A stretch of 63,195 nt of DNA, filler included, from Basidioascus undulatus (lineage: Eukaryota), in NCBI GenBank assembly GCA_000826855.1. It is 14 parts of 14 records of this genome, joined end to end, with 100 filler letters (N's around TTAATTAATTAA, not from the genome) between each part and the next. Parts side by side here need not be neighbours in the genome. Positions count along the whole stretch, not along the records: positions 48,177 to 51,103 come from JTLS01002587.1; positions 51,204 to 54,128 come from JTLS01002588.1; positions 54,229 to 57,152 come from JTLS01002589.1; positions 57,253 to 60,174 come from JTLS01002590.1; 10 more parts are not named here. One strand, written 5' to 3'. Shown here piece after piece: positions 48,248 to 59,480 of this stretch (position 1 is the stretch's first letter; each line of letters starts with the position of its first letter). The notes under the pieces were generated by a model that saw nothing but the letters and a program-made list of their open reading frames with translations, had not been told where the DNA came from and searched no databases. A program made the translations under genes and the position numbers.

Positions 48248-48499
48248 CGACTACCAACTGGGTAACTCCAGCGGTACAAAGAGGGCAAAGTTGATTTTAC
48301 ATATCCTAATCAATGCAAGAGGCCACAGTAATACTGTAGCTTCAAAGGACCAGAGGATCAAATCAAAGAAGCGCAGGCTGGTAAGCGGCAGCGGGTAGGC
48401 CATTGACTTGTATGTCACGGATGATGGAAATGGCATGGAGCAGTGATTTGCATGGAAGGCCGGACATCTACAACACGCCTCCAACAGGCTAGGTCCCGG

Positions 48500-48880
48500 C
48501 TCAACACAGGTCAACAAGAGAACCCTTCGAGACCGCTTGAACGATATCGGCGTGGTTGTCGATGATCTTGCTTAAGAACTGGTCGCCATTCACTCCATGC
48601 ACTGTTGGCAAGCATTCTCGTGACATTGAAAGCCCGGATGACTCACCTTGTCCGTGAATTCGCCGCTGTACCACGGAGTAAGACCCAGAGCCATCAACGA
48701 GGGCCTCGGGGGGTGCACGAGAGTGGATGAGCGTCCTTCTTCGGCAATGTAGCGCTCGACATCCGCCATGTGGCGTGCGATCTCCTCAACGAAGTCTTCA
48801 TCGCGAATGGCGATCACGTACCGTCCGGGTTCGAACGGGCGAGGGGCTTGAACATCCACGCGAGATTTGTCCGTGATGGC
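48500..48880 (-). pseudogene. Unidentified protein-like relic
   Basis: FEPGRYVIAIRDEDFVEEIARHMADVERYI...LGLTPWYSGEFTDK is followed by a GTGAGT donor. The downstream frame is inconsistent. Confidence 0.3.
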
Positions 48881-49252
48881 ACGAGGTGCGTGTGGAATGG
48901 GGTGAGGTGTGATGAGGGGAGGTCTTGGATGACAGAGGGGGGTTCGGGGGTGACGAAGCGCCTGAGTGGGAATCGGGACAAGAAGCGTGAAAGCATGCGG
49001 AGCAACCTCAGAGCTGCTGTGGATGAGGGGAGGGCAAAAGGTGGGACCACGTCTCGAGCTGCGCACTGGCGCTCAGTCATTATACCTGCGTACTTGCTGT
49101 GGGCGTGATGGCCACTTGTACGACGTGATTCAAGGCGGCTTTGGAGGCATGCAAGGCCTGCTGGTAGTCCTGACGAAAACGGTTGCGCTCGCGCCGTCTG
49201 AGCTTTCAGCAAGGTGGATCCTCAGTTACCTAGTCGTAAGTTGCCAGCCTCA

Positions 49253-49764
49253 CTATCTGGCTGGCGTTTGCTCCCTATACCCATCTTGAAAGTTAAAAGT
49301 TTTTCGACCGTGCTCTAGCTCGTGGAGATTCAGCTTTCCCATAGCCGAAAGAAGGCGCCTGGTAACTGTGATGTCACGTTCGAAACCCCGCCGATGCTGC
49401 GAGCTGCAGAAAAAGCCGCATTGCAAAGCCAACCGCCGAAGGGTCGGATGTGTAGCCACAGAACGTCGGAGAGAACGTCTTCGGCATACACAAGTCCTCC
49501 GGTCACGATATGAAACATCGCAAGTGATTCGAGGTAACGGAAGTGGAACGTCGACTTTTGGAGAGCCCGCAGTTGGGGGTAGGTGCGGATGAAACGAGTG
49601 CGATTTAGGTGGGGCGCAACAAGTTCAGAGACACCGCGCGAGACCGAGCGAAGGGTAACGTTCATTTCGCGGTCCCATGCGGATCCATACCCAAGCAGGT
49701 TTGAAGGCACTGCGATAAAGTTGATAATGCGGGCGACAACGTCGAAAGGAACGGGGACAGGCAT
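49253..49764 (-). pseudogene. F-box(-LRR) protein pseudogene
   Basis: MPVPVPFDVVARIINFI...TLRSVSRGVSELVAPHLNRTRFI...YLESLAM, then a frameshift (~49460) to ATHPTLRRLALQ, then stops. Confidence 0.6.
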
Positions 49765-50699
49765 TGCCGGAATGAGCGTGGACGACTGTGTTATTGGCCT
49801 TCGAAAGTAGTAGGGTTTGAAACAAACAGAACCTGGATGTGGGTGAAGTTGCGGAGGGGAAAGAAAGATGCACAAACCTCAGAGGTGGAAGGCCAGCCCG
49901 GATGAGGAGGCCGATGTGCAGCGGGCATGTGACATGAAGTGCGGAATCAGAACAGAGCACGGTTCCAAGTAGGTTCACCGTAGGCGTCAAAGACGCGCGA
50001 GAGAGCGGCTGGTTCAACCTGAGATTGGGTGAAACAACAGAACACAGTGCGCACCGCACACTGCACGAGAGAGCATTGGTCGCTGGGGGGGAGAGCATCG
50101 TTGGCTGTCTTACAATGAGCATAGCCAGCGTCACATTTTGACTCTGTGAACTTTTCCATTGGCCGATTGAAGAGTGGCGGGACCAGATTGCAGCGGCGTC
50201 AACTGGCGCATGCAAACGGACTGGAGCGCGGGATCAAGGGAATGTTTGTTCCCTTCTCGTTCCCCCCTCTTCGTGAAAATACAAGATGTGAATCGATTTT
50301 AACTACAAATTGGTGTACTCCTCGAAGTCAATGGTCTGAGAGACCCCCATCGATATGAGCAAGGTAACTGAAGTAAGACATGTTCCTTGGCTGTAATCCA
50401 GGACAAGGCGGTGATGTGCGACTGCTTTTTAGTTCATTCCGACGGCATGTCCCCTGGATACTAATGAACACACCAGATTGGCGGGTAACTTATTGACGTG
50501 TCCAACCGGGCAAGGAAAGAAGCAGCTCAAAGGAGCAGAGAAGGAATCGCAGAAAAGCGCGGGGAGAGTGGCGAGGAACCTGTAAGTCTGATCCTTCCAG
50601 CCTGTTTGATAAAAGGACTCACAAAAAAACCCCAATTTACCAGACGGAATGTTTTGGTAGAATCTTTTCGAAAGATCGCGCGTTCTTCAGGCACGAGTA

Positions 50700-50990
50700 G
50701 GAATGCTTCGTGCTTGGTGTGCTGGACGAAGGCTTGGCTGTCCCCCCTGGTACGTCTGCTTTGCCTTGCTGAGGGAACATGGCATCCCAAACACTATGTT
50801 TTCTGTAGCTTGTTATCATATGTAGCTACTCAAAGCAGGAATCCTGCGCTATCAGCTGCATTCTGGAATGCTGAACAGATGTCAGTGTCAAAGTCGAAGA
50901 TGGCACCCTTCTTGAGGAGGCGAGTGTGGGGAAGGATGGTGTGCGAGTACCCTTACGCGGCGGTAGAAGTTTGCAAAGCCAAGGAAGGTG
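50700..50990 (-). mobile_element. Degenerate Ty3/gypsy pol fragment (RT-RNase H connection)
   Basis: FLGFANFYRR (50958-50986), then a frameshift to LTRLLKKGAIFDFD (~50890-50927). The gypsy pattern is FLGFxNFYRRFI...LTxLLKKxxxFxW. Stops follow downstream. Confidence 0.75.
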
Positions 50991-51203
50991 TCATGAATAC
51001 CCTCCCTCCCTTCACCAAGGACATCTACACCCTTTGTCACCTTCCTTTGTCCTATCGTCCTCATGTCCACCTCCTTGCCTTCCTTTGTCCTATTGTCCTC
51101 CTGNNNNNNNNNNNNNNNNNNNNNNNNNNNNNNNNNNNNNNNNNNNNTTAATTAATTAANNNNNNNNNNNNNNNNNNNNNNNNNNNNNNNNNNNNNNNNN
51201 NNN

Positions 51204-51690
51204 GTGGCTCTCCCATCCCTCCTCGGTGGCACCAGCTACCCTTTATTTGTGGCCTCGTCTACACCTTCTTCGTACGTTTGGCCCTCTACCTTCCTTCCGT
51301 GGCTCAGTCTACCCATTTTGTGTGGCTCGGTCCGCGCGATTCTTCCGTGGATTTATAACCCCCCTTCTTTCGTGGGCCAGTCCACCCATTCTTTCGTCAC
51401 TACGCACCGTTCTTCGTGACTTTCGCCTACACCTTCTTTCGTGGCTCTGCTTACCTTTTTGTGGGCCTTTCTTGGTGGCTCAGACCGCCCGTTCCTGTGT
51501 TGCTACACCAACCGTACTTGACTGGCTCTACCCATAATTCCTTCCTTAGTGAAGTTAACCACCCTCTTCGCGGCAATGCCCATAACTTCGTGGCTTGTTC
51601 TACCCTCTTTTGGGTTCAGTCCATCCCTTCTTCGTGGCCATACCTTTTTCATGACTTTCAAAAGACCTACACATTCTTGGTCGTTCTGCT
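51204..51690. repeat. Degenerate ~22-24 bp minisatellite (about 20 copies)
   Basis: Recurring TTCGTGGC...CTAC(A/C)CNTTC units, e.g. TTCCGTGGCTCAGTCTACCCATT, TTTCGTGGGCCAGTCCACCCATT and CTTCGTGGCTTGTTCTACCCTCT. Confidence 0.7.
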
Positions 51691-53952
51691 CACTCCAGGT
51701 CACCTCACGCTCATCTACGTTTCCCCGACTATGTGCTTCTCAAATCACTACCTCGACAGTTTCTCTCATCTCCACCCGAAGGTCCTTTGCGGCTCGTGCT
51801 GAAGCCGCACTTTGCAGTGGTGCAGCCGATCTCATTGAGCTTGGAGAGCCACACAGTATCTCCACGATCTTATGTCCAGTATATGCAACGTCCGTCTAGA
51901 GGCTTGTCCAAGCGTAGACGTCAAGAAGTACAAGAAACGGCCTTGACTTCGGAATCCCAAATCTTGCATCAGTGCTCAGACTGCAGTGTCCCTTGCTTGA
52001 GGCGCACATATGGGCGGCCTATTTGTGATGAACAGAGTCTAAGTAAATTTGCATACTTCACAAGAGACTGGAATACTGCTGCTGGAAAGTCGGCCAGTCG
52101 ATGACAGATTGTTGAACGCAAGAATTCTGTATCCGGTTGAAGTCTATGGCAGTGCCGAAGCAGAATCACATCCCAACACCAGTTGCTGTCCCGTCTTCGA
52201 GACAACTACGAATGTTACTTGGAGTCTTTTGAGTCTATGAGCGATTTCTGGGCGAACTTCTGCGAACTTCTGCCCTTTGAAGACCGCTTATGCTGTAGTC
52301 TCGTCGTCGTTCGTAGAGCGGCAACAAATCTATTTGGAATAAAAAACCACAAGATATTTCTTCTCTGACCACAACCTGAAGCATATGCTGCGTCTACTCG
52401 CATTGTATTCCATCGGTGGTCTGTCTATTCACTTCATTTCATTACGCGCTTACTTTACTGAACTAAAAGTTCGGAAGTGCAAATGCTCTGTTCTCTGGGC
52501 GCACCAACCTACCTCCGCTCGTGTTGGCTTCACAACATTCGTGTTCGTTCTCTGGGAGAGCTGTCCACTTTCCTTCTGCAACGCACACAGCACCCTGTAT
52601 CATTGACTGACGGGCCTTTGGAAGAATCAATGGAATGTATAGTACAGAATATTATCCTACAGTTGCACATTCTGCCGCACGCGTCCTGGTCATCCTGGAG
52701 GCAATGTCGTGAATCCTTCGTTAAGCATCACAGACTGCGAGTGTAATGCGTAGTTTGTTTGTGACCGCCTGTAATTATTTTACAGTCCTTAGAATCCTCA
52801 GGAGAGCAATCTGGAGCGGACAGCCGAAGGCGCGACAATTGAGCTTAGGCGAGAAGAGCAAATCAGAGGTGAAGGCCGGTGTGGACGAGGAGGTCAGCGG
52901 ACGGAAAGACGCACGGTTATATGTCCAATATGAGATGCTTTGTTGTGGTAAACCAAAATGAAGGCTCCGGTTGGAGATACTGAGAGGATGGAGAGGGGAA
53001 AGTGTTGATTCAGCGTGCGGAGATGAGAGAGACGAGACGGCGGTCAACACTGTATTGCGGAGTGCAGTCCCACATGGCCAGACCATCACTGTACCAGGGA
53101 CCTTGGCACCGATTGCCAGATTCAACTGTAGTTCGAACTCCAACAGTCCAGTCTGTATACAAAGTTTCGGCGATACTCTGCAACAAAGAGGAGTACAACG
53201 TGCGCAACGTGCAAGTGATCTACAAGCTGTCAAACTACTGACATCTGTTCCTTGGATGGGTCGCCGTCAAAGTTGGATAAACCCTAATATTGACTACTGT
53301 ACATCCGCAACCTTTTGATTGATCGACAGGCACGACGGGCCGCTGTCGTGCACTGTTGCGCTTGTTTTGTTTTCCTCAAAATTGCTGCTTCAGACGTAGT
53401 ACTCCTCCGAGCGGCTCATACCATCTCTTTATCTACAAGCCTTTAGAAGACCTTGTGTGTGTGCAGTCACCGGCCCGTTTCCAATGCGTGGGGCGCTTGG
53501 AAAGCTCAGGCGGCAGTCGATGCGACCAGCGGTGGAGCTTGCTGAGCACGGACCGCACGCTGAGGGACGAGTATCTCAACTGACAGGGGACGTTTCAAGC
53601 TGGCCAGGCGGTACTCTCCAGAGCTTTGAGATTTTAAACCGAGTCTTCTACGTCCATATAAAGTGCTCAGACCGACCGGAAAGCGAACGAAAAGAAACAA
53701 GCTTGAAGCGTGCAAAACGAGCCAGGGTTCAAAGCAGACTGACAGCGCGAGCCAGCCCAGCCAGAGCGGCCAAGGGCAAGCGCGTGCATCGCGGTCGCCT
53801 CTCCCTCCTCCTGCCCTCATCCCCTCCTCCATTATTGTTCCCAGTTCGGTCCCCTCCGCACCCTTACTTTCTCTTGGCCGGTCCTTTACATATTCTTGCT
53901 CGACAGACAGATCCTCCTCGACGCCTCCCCCGCTCCAGTCGCCCAGAGTCGA

Positions 53953-54128
53953 ATGAGCAACCCAATCACCTCCGTCGAGGAGCCGCCCTCGGCCCTCGCC
54001 GACCTCGTCACCCAGGTCTCGCCCAACGCCCCCATGGGCGGTCCGGCCCGCCCCGCACGACCAAAGAAGGTCACCAGCGGGCCGGCTAAGAAGGTCAAGA
54101 AGAAGAAGGACGAGGACGCCGGCGCGGA
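53953..54128 (+). CDS. 5' start of an unidentified, probably nuclear, protein (truncated)
   Basis: MSNPITSVEEPPSALADLVTQVSPNAPMGGPARPARPKKVTSGPAKKVKKKKDEDAGA, with GC3-rich codons and an NLS-like lysine cluster. Confidence 0.55.
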
Positions 54129-54280
54129 NNNNNNNNNNNNNNNNNNNNNNNNNNNNNNNNNNNNNNNNNNNNTTAATTAATTAANNNNNNNNNNNNNNNN
54201 NNNNNNNNNNNNNNNNNNNNNNNNNNNNGTCCATAGTCCGTCCTCCTTCTCCCCCTTTCTCACCCCCCTCCCGACCACAG

Positions 54281-54514
54281 TCCCACGCCCTCCCCGAAAT
54301 CTACGAGTCCTTCATGCACGCGCCTCTCAAATCGGTGGAGCACTTCCGTTTCAGCGCGACGTACGCGGGGCATGCCGACTGCCCGTTCGCGCCCGCGCTG
54401 TGGTCGGACGTCACGCTCACCGGGGACTTCATCCGCATCGTCCGGTTGGACGAGGAAGACGCGCGGGGGAATCGGATGGTGGTTGTGTACACACCGAAGG
54501 GGGGGAAGACGTAA
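54281..54514 (+). CDS. Terminal exon of a conserved hypothetical protein
   Basis: CAG acceptor at 54278-54280, then SHALPEIYESFMHAPLKSVEHFRFSATYAGHADCPFAPALWSDVTLTGDFIRIVRLDEEDARGNRMVVVYTPKGGKT*. Strong host-like codon bias. Confidence 0.65.
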   Translation, partial: SHALPEIYESFMHAPLKSVEHFRFSATYAGHADCPFAPALWSDVTLTGDFIRIVRLDEEDARGNRMVVVYTPKGGKT

Positions 54515-54739
54515 TGCGTGCAATTGTGCATGGGGTGTGTTGGAGGGGTGTGGTTGTGTTCCGCGATGCGCATGCTGGGAAGGGGATTGTTGATGATGCA
54601 CTGGCTTATCGGGGTTATATAGTCCCGGTTCTGAAGCGCTGCGGCCTGAACGCACTGGATTCTTGGGACTATCGATGCCCTTCGTTCCGTTTTCCGACGT
54701 GCAGCTCAACCGCAACTCTATCTGTGGGCTCATGCCTCT

Positions 54740-55090
54740 GTCATTCCTGAGCTCGCATATCACCTCTTCATTCCCGCAGTTAGGTCCTTCACTTGCGCTC
54801 CTCGCTTCTTCGGCAGTCCACCGGTGCGTCTGCAGCTGTTCCACGTTCCTCTTGCTCAGTTGTTCCGGGCCAGTTCCGGCAGTTCACGGTCCACCATCGC
54901 AGTTGTAAGACAGCACTTTTTTTCAGTTGACCTCAGTACCACCACCTGAGGTGCAGATCTCAGTCCTTCGTTGGTCAATCCAATCCCCAGTCCACCAGTC
55001 GCTCATCCAGCCCAAGTGATCACTCCTTTCACTCCTTGATCAGTCCTCGGCCGGCCGCTCGCTGTATGAGTTCCTTCAGTCACCCATATC
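54740..55090 (-). mobile_element. Possible retrotransposon gag relic (decayed zinc knuckle)
   Basis: Around 54865-54915 the minus strand reads SYNCDGGP*TA/RNWP, resembling a mutated CYNCxxxGHxARxCP knuckle. The strand is purine-rich. Confidence 0.3.
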
Positions 55091-56958
55091 TCACTTACTC
55101 CTTGGTTGATGATACGTGCCTGGAAACCCTTTGAGGTCTATCCATGCGCATGGCTTCTTGACCGAGTTCGTACAGCGCGGCTTCCGTTCCGGCCTTAAGA
55201 GGACCCTCCGTCCAACTCCGTCATGCACGAAAATAGAAACAGGCAGCTCGTTCTCCACAAGAGCAAAGCCGTCCACCGCACGGCGCACACTGTCAATTCC
55301 AACTAACCCACAACCTACCTGTCCCGTTGAACCGCCGTGCATTACAAACGCGGCGGCAGGAGCTTGCCTAATAAGGACTACAGTAGATATTAGGCTTGCA
55401 TGAGTCTTGTAAAGCCTTACAAGGCGCATCTTACGGCTGCTTGTTCATGATAAGACGCATGGTTCCTAGCAATGCGTCCGCAAGACTGTCAAGTGTTGTA
55501 TTAAACCTGGTAGTTTTTGGTAATGCCTGAAAACTTCGCTGAACGAGTAACAGATTTCTTGTAAGGTTCTATCAGGCAGTGCTCAAGGCAGCAGCAATCA
55601 ACCTCCAAGGACTCAGCTGGAGACTGTTCGACTTTCACATGTTCCAACTGCTCTTCCAATGGTGTTTTCAAGATAAGTTACAAGGGCAGTACTTGATTCG
55701 TTGCTGGCAGGCTTATCCAAGCCGGCCAGGGAGCCGCGAGAGGCTCACATTGTAGTCTGTGTTCCCCTGAAATCTCCATCTTGATGGCCTGCAACATACT
55801 GAAATCAGTAACAAGTATATTGAGGATTTGCCAATCACAGCTTCTGAGGCCATCTCTGGCGCAGCTGGTGCGTTGGCGCGGCGCTCTGTTGGCTGGGGTT
55901 GGGATTGCGTGCGCTGCCGAGGTGGCGGGACTGGTCGTCTGCGGGTGCGGCTCACTGTTTCGCTGCAGAGGTTCACACCGTTGAGAAGAGATGGACAGGA
56001 GATGTGGAGACGGGCCGAGACATAGGGAATGCTGATGGGGATGCGGGACAGCACACTGGACGCGGTATTGGTGTGCGTACGTACAGTCTTTCTCAGTCTT
56101 TCTGGCGAGGTAAAGGAAGGCTGCCTGGCTAAAACTTGTGCTAACAGTGGATCTGCGTTACCACTTATGGAGCTATCAGGGTTGTTTGTGATGGTGAGTA
56201 CGTGCTTTTCGTGTCGCCCGCCCCCTTCATTCCACGCCTTCCTCCGCCTTCCGCTTCCTACCTCCATCCCTCCTGTCAACTACACTCTAATGACGCAAGT
56301 TTCCAGCTCTTGTTATGGTTAGATGGAGTGTTCGCCAAGCACCAGCTGTATATTTGGCGGCTCCCCGTCATGTCATGCATGCATATGTGTCCTCTGCTGC
56401 TTTGTGTGCATTCAAAGAACGTTTCAGCACCCCATGGCACGGCCTGTATCGGTATTTCAAGGGTTGTGAGCCTGGAGGATTGACCATTTATCATGCCTTA
56501 CCGTGCGGTTATCGGTTGCTTATTACGCTCTTGCAAGCCTGCAACACAAGTTGCTGTGCTTATAAAAGCGGTATATGCACATAATTACATTTCTTGTTTG
56601 ACTTACAAGGTATCTTGTGAAGGCCTCATAACGCGGTCCATCAGTCTTCCGATGTGCATTATAAGAGCCTGACACCGCGAGCGGAAAGCCTGACTGCCCC
56701 GTAATAGGGAGAGCTTACTTCCTTTATAATACCTTATAGGGGGTCTTTTGATCTAATGGCGCTGACAGTCCTGACACTGACTAGTAGTGCCTTATAACCC
56801 GGCTTGCAGTTTTCCCCGATGAGGTCCAGCTTCTCAGTCCGCAAACTTGCTGCACACGACTGCGGTTCAGCCAACGCTAGTGACGGGAACACAGAGCACA
56901 ACACATCCGCTTCCAATCAAATCATATCAAACCACAATGGCATCTCCCACCCGCCCGC

Positions 56959-57152
56959 TCACCGCGGTCTCTTCAGCGCCTCGAACCTCTTCTGGAGCGC
57001 ATCAAACGCGTCCGTCTCCCTCTCCTTCTCCCCCGCCGTCTTCCCTCCCGTGCCCGCTCCCGCTCCCGCTCCCCCTGCCCCACCCCCGGCAGCCCCAGGC
57101 GCCACCGTACCCCCCAGCTTCTTCGCTGCCGTCTCGGGCGGGGCGGGGACTG
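56959..57152 (-). CDS. C-terminus of an ESCRT-III-associated protein with a MIM1 motif, most like IST1
   Basis: ...EKERETDAFDALQKRFEALKRPR* matches the IST1-type DxLxxRFExLK terminal motif, after a P/G/A-rich linker. Confidence 0.7.
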
Positions 57153-57714
57153 NNNNNNNNNNNNNNNNNNNNNNNNNNNNNNNNNNNNNNNNNNNNTTAA
57201 TTAATTAANNNNNNNNNNNNNNNNNNNNNNNNNNNNNNNNNNNNNNNNNNNNGCGTCTCGATCATCTCGCTGTACCTGAACCAGGCCGCCTCGTCGCGGG
57301 ACCCGCCCATCGAGCACTCCATTCTCCATATCGTCCGCGAGATCTCGCTCTCTACTTCTTGCCCGAGAACGCGTTCTTTGCCGGCAACCCCGGCAGCGAG
57401 GGCAACGCTGGATACCAGAAGTTGTGAAGCATAGACGGAATGGCTGTCGTATGGCACGGGACGAACTTGACTGTTTCCGCTGCTTATGAAACACATTTGT
57501 TCTTCAGCCGACCAAGCTCTCTGTTGTGGAGGGTAAAGGAATTGCGGCCCACCTTGCAGCCGACCTCGAACATTTCGCGGCACGTCCGAGGCATGTTCTT
57601 GTACACTGAAGAACCGACCATCTTAGCACGGCCAGAGTTCAATAGAACTGTCGATACAGACAGCTTTGCGACAACTTGAACACGAGCAGTCAGCGGACGC
57701 TCACTGAGGCGGAC

Positions 57715-59480
57715 ATGAGCAATCAGCGCCTGAACAAGAAGCAGGCAAGCCGACCACCGGCGCTGCAGCCGCATGGGCATGGGCCGATATATGTTGAGTG
57801 GGAACCAGGATATCCGGCAAGTCACCATCACCACTGTAGAAGAAGGGACGTTTTTGGAAACTGAGGCACTATGCTGCGCTCAGGACAACCCCTTCAATTG
57901 GAGCAAGTTCAGGCACGTCTTTACCAACTAGCTGGGACTGGTGTGATGACCTGACGCGTTAAGCTTTTTTGCGCAGAAAATGCGCCGTGTCATTGTCTTG
58001 CGTATCCGTCACCATCCTTACCTCTGTCAACGCGACGAGCTACTCGCCCACTATCGGCGAACTCATGGAGACCTTTGATGTGTCTCGTGAGGTCGCCCAA
58101 GTGGGGGTCACATTGGTAAGTCACACCGGCGCATCATACTCTGAAAATGTGTACTGAGGTGGTTTAACCAGTTTTTGACGCGAATCGCGTTTTTCCCGCT
58201 GGTGCTTGCACCCCTGTCGGAGTCTGTAAGACAATTAGCTTTCGCATTGCCTTTTGTCGTAGATAAAGAACGTTGATAGGACCTACAGCTGGGTAGAAAA
58301 TCCGGTTATTTACTTACGTCTACTCTGTGAATATTCATGAGGCTGCGTCGTACAACCGCCCCGCTGATCTCGCATCGCAGCAATATGCTCTTCTTCCTTC
58401 CTCAAGCGCTCGCGCCTGACATTACTGCCATCATTATTGCTCGTTTCTTCCACGGAAGGTCTTCATAAATAGGAAATTCGATAGTGGGCGGTACGGTGCG
58501 TCCTCGTCTGATTTTGGTATGCCTCAGTAGACCATCTGAACGCGGCAGCCTCTTCAGATCGCGGACGTGTTTGATGCGTCTGTAAGGGGTTTTTCCAGTG
58601 CGTTGAGTTATTTATGTGTGTCATAACTCTCGCAAGCGTTGACCCCCGGCGTGCTCAAAGTGGCTATCTATGGTGGTGCGTACGCGAGCCGATTCTGACG
58701 CGAGCCGAATCGGAGCCTGAAGAGTCTGCCTCAGTCTTGGCTATGGGAGGCCAAGGGTTGGGCCCGATGTGGGGGGGATACTGCGAAATGCGGCTTGGAA
58801 TTAGATGTTTTTTTTATCAACGTAAGTACCCGTTTTTCGGTCTACTGCTCGTTGACGTGCTTCACCCAATACGCAGCTCATCCTCAACGGCGTCTCTCTA
58901 CTCCTCAACATTGCCATCCTCCGAGAGACCCGAGGGAGTGTTTTTCCTCTCACGTCGAGCACGTAAACTCACCAAGGAGACAGGCATCGAACATGGGGCG
59001 CGTGCGGACGAAGAGCGAGGCGACATTTGGACTCTCCTCACTCGGTCGATCTCGAGGCCACTACCTGAAGACTGAACCCATCGTCCTCGCCCTTTCCCTG
59101 TTTATCAGCTTCATGTGCGGGGTCTTATTCCTGTGAGTAGTCTTGTGTCTCCTCTTTACTGCCACTGAAACCATTTCTCTGCAGCTTGGTCTCGTCCGTT
59201 CCGGACGTCTTTGAAACCGGTATGTGCCTCTTCTCTTTCTTTTATACCTCTGTCTGATACCCTCTATGCAGAGCGTGGCTTCAACATTGGGCAGTCTGAG
59301 GAAGTCCTCGCCGCCATATTGATTGGACCACTTTTCGGCCTCATCGTCAGAGTTGTCATGCCTCTGAAATCACGAACGTGAGCTCACCCTCCTTCACGAT
59401 ACGTCGTATTCAGGCACATCGGATTGAGCTGCGGATGCGCATGCAGGTCCGCCGCCCGCAACTTTCTTGCTGGAGGTACG
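57715..59480 (+). pseudogene. MFS drug:H+ antiporter (DHA1 family) pseudogene
   Basis: YVEWE..|DNPFNWS|...LMETFDVSREVAQVGVTL|..PLVLAPLSES|LGRK|..IIARFFHG (in-frame stop)..IVGGT|IADVF..RG|GLGPMWGGY...ETRG (frameshift) LSRRARKL...RPL/EPIVLALSLFISFMCGVLFL|...AARNFLAG. Introns are retained and the late TM region is largely missing. Confidence 0.85.

Noticed and set aside
48247..48249. Literal CGA anticodon on a Trp-like body (UCG recoding)
   Set aside because: These bases lie in the leader or degenerate copy, and the true anticodon after U33 is beyond the contig end. There is no Ser-type long variable arm and I noticed no conserved Trp encoded by TCG.
51204..51690. CRISPR array
   Set aside because: The context is eukaryotic, units abut without unique spacers and are highly degenerate, and there are no cas genes.
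56959..57152. Functional ESCRT cluster (IST1-like plus ANCHR-like)
   Set aside because: The two genes lie on different, unlinked contigs.
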